Notes under the pieces: model-generated
What the model saw: the letters and a program-made list of their open reading frames with translations, nothing else
Databases searched by the model: none
What the model was told of the DNA's origin: nothing
Translations under genes and position numbers: made by a program
Virus record (IMG/VR): IMGVR_UViG_3300014137_000003
Length of the DNA stretch: 64,000 bases
Reading direction: 5' to 3' (one strand)
Origin: a virus
Part shown: positions 9,889-16,750 of the stretch, piece after piece
Layout: each line of letters begins with the position of its first letter
Position numbering within the stretch: the stretch's first letter is position 1

Positions 9889-10131
9889 ATGGCTACGAGT
9901 AACCCATATCGAGTATTAGGTGTTAGTCCTAGTACGTCTTACGAAGAGGCTAAGCGTATCTATCGTAGGAAGGTTAAGAACCTCCACCCCGATTTAGGGG
10001 GCGACGCTAAGTTGATGATGGAAGTCAAGGAGGCTTGGGATTATCTCAATGCTAATCGAGATACTATGCTTGGTCAAACTAGCTCAGTCGGGGTAACCCA
10101 CAAATCACTTTTTGAAATTTTAGATAAATAG
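9889..10131 (+). CDS. J-domain-only (DnaJ-like) co-chaperone
   Basis: NPYRVLGVSPSTSYEEAKRIYRRKVKNLHPDLGGD with an intact HPD tripeptide. 80 aa, with no Zn-finger or C-terminal DnaJ domains. Confidence 0.85.
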   Translation: MATSNPYRVLGVSPSTSYEEAKRIYRRKVKNLHPDLGGDAKLMMEVKEAWDYLNANRDTMLGQTSSVGVTHKSLFEILDK

Positions 10132-10141
10132 GAGTAATAAA

Positions 10142-10603
10142 ATGGCAGTAAATTTCCCAGAAAACGTAACTTTGGTTAAATCACCTATGGTGAAAATGAA
10201 GTGGCAAGCAAATCGCTTTGTAACACAAAACGGTTTCTTCCTACACGGTGCAGTTATTGAGTATAAGCACCCAGAAACTGGCAACCTTACAGGGGTAGCT
10301 TTCCCAGGAAACGGTAAAGCAGTTGTATTCTCAAATCCAGATGGTACAAACAAGACTGGACGTCAAGTAATGACTATCGTTAACAAGATTGCAAAGGAAA
10401 ACAAAGACCTTGTAGCTCAAGGTGATTTCCCAACAACCTTTATCACAGACTATCAAGAAGCCTTTGAAATCTATGATAACGGTCATCGTTCCGATAACTT
10501 CCTCCCAGAGTACTGGTCTGCAGACTTGACTGATGAAGATATTGCGGATATCGAAGCTCGCCTAGAAGATCTTAAATCTTTCGACGAACAGGAAGAAGTT
10601 TAA
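10142..10603 (+). CDS. Hypothetical protein with acidic C-terminal tail (possible SSB-like role, unproven)
   Basis: Strong RBS (TAGGAG) and a perfect terminator directly downstream. Tail is ..EDLKSFDEQEEV. No OB-fold motif recognised. Confidence 0.6.
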   Translation: MAVNFPENVTLVKSPMVKMKWQANRFVTQNGFFLHGAVIEYKHPETGNLTGVAFPGNGKAVVFSNPDGTNKTGRQVMTIVNKIAKENKDLVAQGDFPTTFITDYQEAFEIYDNGHRSDNFLPEYWSADLTDEDIADIEARLEDLKSFDEQEEV

Positions 10604-10609
10604 ATTTGA

Positions 10610-10636
10610 AAGGTTGGGTTTCCAACCTTTTCTTTT
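10610..10636 (+). terminator. Rho-independent terminator
   Basis: Perfect 8-bp stem AAGGTTGG/CCAACCTT and a T-rich run. Confidence 0.85.
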
Positions 10637-10654
10637 ACACTGGAGGGTGGTACT

Positions 10655-11101
10655 GTGGCATTAGTAAAAGTATATACGGTACAACCTTTGTGGGTAGCTT
10701 TGGCTATAATGAAAGGTAACTATGTACCGAAATTAGATAAAAGTTTTGCAGCTGAGCATGAATTATTTATGGATGCTTATTTGGACATGCGTAGTTCTTA
10801 TGTAAGGATGTGTGGAATTCCTTTCTTAGAAAATGAAACGGGCTTATGGGGGTATCCTTCTGCGAATATTATCGATAAGTCCAAATTAAAGCCTGACGAG
10901 GTTTTATGTGAGGTAACTATAAATGAAGATTTCTTACTCGAAAGCTCTTTCGATGTATGGGAATCTATTCTTGACGGTACTCGCAATGTGTATGTTCACA
11001 ATAGAGAATTATTCTTTCCAAAAGAAGGACTTAAACAGGTTTATTTCTCTTCTGCAATTGTTGAAAATCTAGAAATTATGAAAACTCCTATTTTTTATTA
11101 A
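10655..11101 (+). CDS. Hypothetical protein
   Basis: GTG start after GGAGGGTGG; 148-aa ORF followed by a terminator. Confidence 0.65.
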   Translation: MALVKVYTVQPLWVALAIMKGNYVPKLDKSFAAEHELFMDAYLDMRSSYVRMCGIPFLENETGLWGYPSANIIDKSKLKPDEVLCEVTINEDFLLESSFDVWESILDGTRNVYVHNRELFFPKEGLKQVYFSSAIVENLEIMKTPIFY

Positions 11102-11124
11102 CATATAAAATGGGGGTTAAATAG

Positions 11125-11150
11125 ACTAGCCTAAATAGGCTAGTTTTTTA
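11125..11150 (+). terminator. Rho-independent terminator
   Basis: CTAGCCT-AAAT-AGGCTAG stem-loop and T6. Confidence 0.85.
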
Positions 11151-11181
11151 GTTGAATAGGTTATATTTTTATCTAAGATTT

Positions 11182-11190
11182 TGGTATAAT
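11182..11190 (+). promoter_or_regulatory. Extended -10 element TGgTATAAT
   Basis: Follows the terminator at 11125 and precedes the gene at 11270. Confidence 0.55.
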
Positions 11191-11269
11191 ATGAGTATAT
11201 GAATCGTTGGTTTAGCTCTTATTTATAGGGGCTGAATTTTACTTATTCTAGTAGAGAGGAGTTTATTTA

Positions 11270-12343
11270 ATGGTAGAAAGTTTAGTCGACATTGCGTATC
11301 GACGTTTAAAAAAGAGAGAAGAATACGAATCTAGACATGGTAGTGGTAGTTATCGTCGTAAAGTATTGGAGCCCTTTTTAGGTAAGCACGTAGCCGTGCA
11401 GGGTTGGGTAGCAGCTATCTATATTGAGGGGGAGCTTTACCGTGTAACTTTGCGTGATGTTATCATTCAGGGAAGGGAATTAGACCACATTAACTTTAAT
11501 TTGTCTGGGGATAGCAAATATTTGCAAACAGTAATCGACGCATTACGTTGTCATGCTGTAATTAAAATGAAAGCAGGTATTAAAAGTTATCGTAGTGGGT
11601 CTAGAAGTACTTTTGGGCTTGCTGAGGTTACTTATGTTGAGTTATTTAGAAAAGGCGAAGAGGCACCTATTACTTGTGGTGTCACTCCTTACTTTACCAG
11701 TATGGGGTATAATCAAATCTTTAAGTGGAGGAACTTTCGTAGAGAGGGCTTTAGTTACTATAACTTGTGTGATGTAGTATTAATAGAAGAATCGTACTTG
11801 GGGTATCTTGAAAGATTACTATCTTGTAGTCAAGGGATTAGGATGCGACGTTATACTGAGGGTGAGTTAGCTATTGTAGGGGAGTATAAGTCTAAGAACC
11901 CTTATACACGCTCTCGTATTCTTCAAGAGTCCTTAGAAAATAAGGGTAATCTTGAGTACCTCTGTTATTTACAGTATGAGCGTTCTGTTGAGGAGCTTAG
12001 AGTGGGCTTGGATGTAGCAGATATACATTCTTTCTCATCATATCAATCTAAGCAATATGTGGAAATGCTTAGGACGTTAGGAGATTGGGTTCCTATTCCT
12101 ATGAAGAATGAAGTTTTCAACGATAAGACTGGTGTTCCTTTTGTGTTGAAGTTACGTCATCGAATGTCATACTCTATTATTTACCCTAGTATCTGTGAGG
12201 ATGCCTCTTATCTAAATAGTGTGGAGAACTTGAAGAAGTTGTTTGAGGACTTTAGAATCCCTAGTGGGGCACGTGTTAGCGTATATAACCCTGTCTTAAA
12301 TCGTTTTGCTGAAATCAATAGTGAGGTAGTTTTGAATGGTTAA
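11270..12343 (+). CDS. Hypothetical protein
   Basis: 357-aa ORF with GAGAGGAG RBS, downstream of an extended -10 promoter at 11182. Confidence 0.75.
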   Translation: MVESLVDIAYRRLKKREEYESRHGSGSYRRKVLEPFLGKHVAVQGWVAAIYIEGELYRVTLRDVIIQGRELDHINFNLSGDSKYLQTVIDALRCHAVIKMKAGIKSYRSGSRSTFGLAEVTYVELFRKGEEAPITCGVTPYFTSMGYNQIFKWRNFRREGFSYYNLCDVVLIEESYLGYLERLLSCSQGIRMRRYTEGELAIVGEYKSKNPYTRSRILQESLENKGNLEYLCYLQYERSVEELRVGLDVADIHSFSSYQSKQYVEMLRTLGDWVPIPMKNEVFNDKTGVPFVLKLRHRMSYSIIYPSICEDASYLNSVENLKKLFEDFRIPSGARVSVYNPVLNRFAEINSEVVLNG

Positions 12344-12344
12344 A

Positions 12345-12497
12345 ATGTTATATCCTATAAACAGTAAGGTTTCTAAAGATATTGTAACTGCTCGTTTTGT
12401 TGCAGAAGTGGATGGAAAGGTTCGTACAGTATCTGATATCTTTACTTTGGAACAGTGGAACAAATTATGCTCTGGGCAAACTGTTCAGATTGCATAG
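12345..12497 (+). CDS. Possible small ORF (50 aa)
   Basis: ATG 12345 to TAG 12495-97 fills the gap before smpB (MLYPINSKVSKDIVTARFVAEVDGK..). RBS is weak; the ORF is below the track cutoff. Confidence 0.3.
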   Translation: MLYPINSKVSKDIVTARFVAEVDGKVRTVSDIFTLEQWNKLCSGQTVQIA

Positions 12498-12524
12498 TTA
12501 TCTTTAGAAGTCTAGGAGAAGCTT

Positions 12525-12959
12525 ATGCTATTAGTTAAGAATAGGAAGGCTTATCATGATTACTCTGTACTCCGTACCTTGGAGTGTGGGGTTGTTTTGG
12601 TAGGTAGTGAAGTTAAATCGCTAAAGGCTCATCACGGAGTCCTCAAAGGTTCTTGGGGGTATATTTCTAACGAAGAAGTGTTCTTAAAGGGGGTACACAT
12701 TCCGAAATGGGGTACGTCTGTTTGGAACCATGAAGAAGAAAGAGACCGTAAATTACTCCTACATAAAAAGGAAATTAAGGGTTTAGCGAAAGACTTGTCT
12801 CTTGGCGATGGGTTAACTCTTGTACCTTTAGAGCTTAAAGTTGTAAAAGGTCGAATAAAGTGCACTCTTGGCTTGTGTAAAGGTAAGAAAAACTATGATA
12901 AGCGTCAAGCTCTGAAAGAAAGAGACATCAAACGTAGTCTAGAAAGGTTAGTTAGGTAG
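12525..12959 (+). CDS. smpB: SsrA-binding protein SmpB (trans-translation factor)
   Basis: NRKAYHDY, GSEVKSLK, RDRKLLLHKKEI, LVPLEL and KGKKNYDKRQALKERD are collinear with bacterial SmpB. AGGAG RBS. Confidence 0.9.
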   Translation: MLLVKNRKAYHDYSVLRTLECGVVLVGSEVKSLKAHHGVLKGSWGYISNEEVFLKGVHIPKWGTSVWNHEEERDRKLLLHKKEIKGLAKDLSLGDGLTLVPLELKVVKGRIKCTLGLCKGKKNYDKRQALKERDIKRSLERLVR

Positions 12960-12963
12960 TCTT

Positions 12964-13587
12964 ATGGCAGAGTTTCGTAGATATAATTATTCTAAAAAGA
13001 GACCAGGAAGTGATAATCCTATTAACCCTGACTTAGTACCTTATTTATCTTGTGTGGATACTCCTTTTACCCTTATTGGGGTATCTGTAAGAAACATTCT
13101 TTCTAGCACAGAATATAGTGCTATGGTTAGAGATTGTAAAAAAAGGGCTAGAAACAACTGTGAACTTTGTGGTAGGTATGTAGCTCGTACCAAAGAGGAT
13201 TTTATCCATTCACAAGAGCTTTATGATAAAGACCTATCTAAAGGCATTTTCAAGTATAAAGGTTTAATTGGTTTATGTAAAGATTGCTTTTATATGTTTA
13301 ATCCATATATAATGAACTTGGACTTAGAAAACCTTGTTATTAAGCCTAAGTATGTGTATAGGTTACGGCAGACTAGGGAATCGATGCTTTCCTCTTTTGG
13401 TTTTAGGGGTGTAGATTTGCCTAGGAAGAAGGTGTTTGTCTTTGAATATAGGGGGTATCAATATATAAATGATTCTATACCCTCTATTTTAGATAGGGCT
13501 TTGGGGGCAGGTGTTAGGGTTCTCCCCATGCGAAAAGACTTTATGGCAATACACCCAGACTTATATTATCATAAGCCTTTATCTTAG
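12964..13587 (+). CDS. Hypothetical Cys-rich (putative zinc-binding) protein
   Basis: CELCGRYV ... CKDCF cysteine pairs; 207 aa. Confidence 0.65.
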   Translation: MAEFRRYNYSKKRPGSDNPINPDLVPYLSCVDTPFTLIGVSVRNILSSTEYSAMVRDCKKRARNNCELCGRYVARTKEDFIHSQELYDKDLSKGIFKYKGLIGLCKDCFYMFNPYIMNLDLENLVIKPKYVYRLRQTRESMLSSFGFRGVDLPRKKVFVFEYRGYQYINDSIPSILDRALGAGVRVLPMRKDFMAIHPDLYYHKPLS

Positions 13588-13662
13588 TTTAAGTCCCTTT
13601 TACTTTTATAGAAGCTTTTAGTAAAATATACTTATAAAATATTTCGTAGGAGGTTTTAGTTA

Positions 13663-13941
13663 ATGGTAACTAAAAAGGATATTGTTTCCGAAGTATCGGC
13701 AGAGCTTGGTATTACGAAGGTGGAAGCTAATCGAACTTTTGATACAATCTTTAAGACAATTATGGATTACGTTTCTGATGGTGAAAAGGTACAAATCAAG
13801 GATTTCGGTAATTGGGAAGCTCGTTATCGTTCTGCTCGTAATGGTCGAAACCCACAAAATGGGGCACCGATTCGTATTGAAGAACGTCTTACTCCTGTAT
13901 TTAAGCCAGGAAAAGCCTTTAAAGAACAAGTTAATAAGTAG
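13663..13941 (+). CDS. hup: HU/IHF-family histone-like DNA-binding protein
   Basis: ..VQIKDFGNWEARYRSARNGRNPQNGAPIRIEERLTPVFKPGKAFK matches the HU arm (GFG.F..R.R.ARxGRNPxTG..I.I....P.FK.GK). AGGAGG RBS. Confidence 0.9.
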   Translation: MVTKKDIVSEVSAELGITKVEANRTFDTIFKTIMDYVSDGEKVQIKDFGNWEARYRSARNGRNPQNGAPIRIEERLTPVFKPGKAFKEQVNK

Positions 13942-13985
13942 ATCATTTGTATGCAGCTGACTAGGTAACTGCCTAGTCCTTATAT

Positions 13986-14057
13986 GCCCTCATAGTATAA
14001 CGGAGAGTACACAGGTTTCCTAAACCTATGATGGGGGTTCGATTCCCTCTGAGGGCA
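13986..14057 (+). tRNA. tRNA-Arg (anticodon CCU, reads AGG)
   Basis: Manual cloverleaf, 72 nt, no encoded CCA. Acceptor GCCCTCA/TGAGGGC; D-arm GTAT..GTAC with GG loop; anticodon stem AGGT/ACCT with loop TT-CCT-AA; T-arm GGGGG-TTCGATT-CCCTC; discriminator A. Confidence 0.8.
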
Positions 14058-14121
14058 TTCTACTAGTTAAGGCTAGTGGAAGACTGACTTTCTGCTGAAG
14101 TCGATGGTAACTCCTTAGTAT

Positions 14122-14147
14122 CCAGTGCAGAGGTGCACTGGTTTTTT
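14122..14147 (+). terminator. Rho-independent terminator after tRNA
   Basis: 8-bp stem CCAGTGCA/TGCACTGG, GAGG loop, T6 run. Confidence 0.8.
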
Positions 14148-14260
14148 AGTTTAATTATACAGAAATTATTTTATATCTTTAGGTATTAACTATTTAGGAG
14201 GTAGGTTTTATACTTAGTGTAATCTCTTGTAGTTTAGTATTAGATTGTTATTATTTCTTT

Positions 14261-14413
14261 TTAGGAATTACTTTAGTATCTTAGTATAATCTATCTTATT
14301 CTTGTTTACTTTTTAGTAGTTCTTTCCTATTAGATTTCTTTTCTTTCTATATTAAATCCTTTTGTATTCTCCTTATATATTACTAGCCTATTTAGGAATT
14401 GCTTTATTATCTT
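14261..14413. repeat. Two copies of a 22-bp direct repeat TTAGGAATT(A/G)CTTTA(G/T)TATCTT
   Basis: Copies at 14261-14282 and 14392-14413, 20/22 identical, in non-coding DNA. Confidence 0.7.
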
Positions 14414-14655
14414 TGTGGTAATTGGGTGTACTTTTGGTAGGATTTGTGGTATTATGGTTAGTGATTTAGATGTGGTATTTTATGTGGTAATCTCGTCCGT
14501 CTTGGGTGGGGGTATCTATTTTAAATCCGTTTTAGGGCTTGTTTGGGGCGTTTTAGCGAATAAAAATATGGGGGTAGGGGGTGTATGTCCTTGCTTGCGT
14601 ATTGTGGTTTTGTGGCTCGAAAATAGCGTGTATTTGTGGGTTTATTGTGGGTTAT
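14410..14655 (+). repeat. GT-skewed, C-poor block with at least 8 (T/A)TGTGG(T/G) boxes
   Basis: TTGTGGTA 14413, TTGTGGTA 14444, ATGTGGTA 14470, ATGTGGTA 14482, TTGTGGTT 14602, TTGTGGCT 14610, TTGTGGGT 14634, TTGTGGGT 14645 (approximate starts). Confidence 0.65.
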
Positions 14656-14719
14656 TATTGCTTATTAATCTACTATATCTATTTGTACTTAGTTGAATAT
14701 AGGAATTAGGAGTCAAAAT

Positions 14720-15337
14720 ATGGCTAACTTTTTTAGAACCTTAGATACTTCTATTAAAGATTGCTCTAGTAGTGGAGATGTTGCATCTTTGGCTATCCTA
14801 GAACGATTGAAGATGTATTTAAGTACTGGTAACTTTAGCTCTTATAGTAGGGCAAAGGAACTTATTTCTGTTAATGGCTTATCGTGGAAGGAAGCTAGTT
14901 ATGTACTAAAAATAAAGCCCGACACGGTGAAACGTGCAAGATATGCTTTGTCGGAAGAGGTTTGGAATATTGTAGGAAAAGACTTTTTCGACCGTCTTAA
15001 GGAAGGGGACTTAGCTTATTGTGATTCTATCGTTGAGTCTCTCCACGTGGAGGAGATTGTTTCCCCTATCCCTTTAGATGTTTCTAAGCTTATTAGGTCT
15101 TTGGCTAGTGAGGAAGACCTTAATAGTATAGGTAGCGTAACCGAGTTGTCTGCCTATTCGAAGGAGTTGGACTTTCTAGTTGGGATTAGCGAACCTATGG
15201 TTAGGGCAAAGGTATCTAACCTAGATATTGGTAGGCTCTTAGCATTACTAGGCATTTTGGATGGAAGCCTTGGTAATCCTCATATTAGGGTGGCGATTAA
15301 CGAACATATTCTAGGGAAAGCAGGAGATTTATTATGA
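14720..15337 (+). CDS. Putative transcription regulator with sigma-70 region-4-like HTH
   Basis: ATG 14720 after AGGAG (the track ORF starts 27 nt earlier). GLSWKEASYVLKIKPDTVKRARYAL resembles region 4.2 (LSxxEIAxxLgIsxgTVKsRlxRA). Confidence 0.4.
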   Translation: MANFFRTLDTSIKDCSSSGDVASLAILERLKMYLSTGNFSSYSRAKELISVNGLSWKEASYVLKIKPDTVKRARYALSEEVWNIVGKDFFDRLKEGDLAYCDSIVESLHVEEIVSPIPLDVSKLIRSLASEEDLNSIGSVTELSAYSKELDFLVGISEPMVRAKVSNLDIGRLLALLGILDGSLGNPHIRVAINEHILGKAGDLL

Positions 15338-16548
15338 TTCATATTAGTGAACTATATAAAAAGGATTATTTTGAGACTGTAAGTGAATATCGTTTCGCTT
15401 TATCATTTGCTATGGAGTGTGCTAGACGTGGCGATATCCTCTCGGTAGATGGGGTACGCAGTCAGGCAGACTTGAATTCTCGTGTGCATGCAGGCTACAA
15501 AAATTATCTAATGGATAATAATTTAGTTGTAGGATTTAGTAGCAAAGAAGAAGACATCTACCCTTACGAAGAACAGAATTACTCTTTCCTTAGTAAAGAT
15601 AATCTTTTTGAAGACAACGGTGAGTATCTCTATTGGGATATGGACTGGGGCTTGGAAGTGTTAGGTAGACTCTTCTATAAGCACGCAGGGGTAGGTGATA
15701 TTCCTTACTTGTTGGAGTTCCTAGTAGCTCGTCATCTCTACGATGTCCTAACTGGGAAAGAAACTCGCAAACTCTATATTAAGTTAACTATGCAACTATC
15801 TTCTACTTTCTCTAGCTATTTGGACTTGGTTTCTCTTTATAATTCTTGTCCTAACCTAGCAGAGTATGTAGAGATTGTACTGCATGAGCGTTCTTCTGTA
15901 GACCTTAAACTTTCCTTATTTAAGTATGATTCTAATAACTTAGGATTTAATAAGGAGTATACGGTGGAGGAGAAAATGAACTTCTTACAACTAAATAGGT
16001 TTACCGAAGGTATGGTACTTATTCTCTTTGATAGAAAGGGTATTAACACTTCTAATGACTTGGGAAGTATCGAGATGGCTCATTTAGTTCGTCTTGATGA
16101 AGTTGTAGACGGTAAGCTTTACCTAACCCAGTTAAGGGGTACTCGAACCTATGAGGAGACTGCTAAAGACTTCCTCATGATTCCCGAAAAGAACCGTGCA
16201 CTTTATTATGACTTATTAGATAAGTCTGATTCTGTCCATGGTTCTATGGTAGTAGACTTACGAGAGTGTGGGGTAGGAAGTCGATTTTACCGTGAGAAAC
16301 ACTTGTTAGATTCTATCTCAACTACGGATATGGTTCGTAAGTTAGTTTCTAACAATGGGAAAATCTTTGAACAAGAGATGACTGAAGCTGAAGCTATCTT
16401 CTATACCCTTATGCAAAACGACGCTCCTATAGACGCTGATTTATATAGAGATTATTATTTTGGTGGCGGAGAAGCTATTTGGGATTCCCTAGACCATGAT
16501 GGTTTTAACTCTCCTTATGACTTTATTAAGGATGAGCTTAATTTCTAG
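15334..16548 (+). CDS. Hypothetical protein
   Basis: 404-aa ORF with a 4-nt ATGA overlap with the upstream gene. Confidence 0.75.
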   Translation: MIHISELYKKDYFETVSEYRFALSFAMECARRGDILSVDGVRSQADLNSRVHAGYKNYLMDNNLVVGFSSKEEDIYPYEEQNYSFLSKDNLFEDNGEYLYWDMDWGLEVLGRLFYKHAGVGDIPYLLEFLVARHLYDVLTGKETRKLYIKLTMQLSSTFSSYLDLVSLYNSCPNLAEYVEIVLHERSSVDLKLSLFKYDSNNLGFNKEYTVEEKMNFLQLNRFTEGMVLILFDRKGINTSNDLGSIEMAHLVRLDEVVDGKLYLTQLRGTRTYEETAKDFLMIPEKNRALYYDLLDKSDSVHGSMVVDLRECGVGSRFYREKHLLDSISTTDMVRKLVSNNGKIFEQEMTEAEAIFYTLMQNDAPIDADLYRDYYFGGGEAIWDSLDHDGFNSPYDFIKDELNF

Positions 16549-16559
16549 TTTAAGTTTAG

Positions 16560-16716
16560 ATTTCCGAATACTTTATTAGGTTTTCCGAAAATATTTTTAG
16601 TTTTCTGAAATATAGGTTATGTTTTCCGAAAGTTATTTTATGTTTTCCGAAAGTTGGTTTATACTTTCTGATTTTTAGTTCCAGTAGGCTGAAAGTTTGT
16701 ATTCAGTCTTCCGAAA
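16560..16716 (+). repeat. Phased array of 7 TTTTCCGAAA boxes (iteron/operator-like)
   Basis: Boxes start at 16560, 16581, 16601, 16622, 16643, 16664 and 16707 (spacing 21, 20, 21, 21, 21, 43). The core TTC-C-GAA is a near-palindrome. Confidence 0.8.
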
Positions 16717-16750
16717 CTAATTAGTTAGAATTATGAAAGAATGGTGAGTT

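Noticed and set aside
11595-11777. Short + strand alternative-frame ORFs (also 13682-13960, 23695-23997, 24403-24660, 27265-27471, 40061-40333, 47991-48173)
   Set aside because: Each is nested out of frame in a longer ORF with better start signals or recognisable domains. Their compositions are Leu/Lys/Arg-rich, as expected from frame-shifted AT-rich coding DNA.
13986-14148. tRNA as an integration (att) site, or tmRNA partner for SmpB
   Set aside because: There is no integrase nearby and element-type genes continue on both sides. The RNA is a standard 72-nt cloverleaf with a CCT anticodon. It has no tag-ORF or pseudoknot region, so it is not tmRNA.
14415-14696. 93-aa + strand ORF in the ORF track
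   Set aside because: It lies entirely in the GT-skewed, C-poor repeat region. Its G/V/L/W/C-rich composition just mirrors TGTGG/GGGG words. It has no RBS and a non-ATG start, so I treat it as non-coding.
16560-16716. Possible CRISPR array
   Set aside because: The period is only ~21 bp, with a 10-bp conserved box and no unique spacers of CRISPR size. No cas genes are present. I interpret it as iteron or operator boxes instead.
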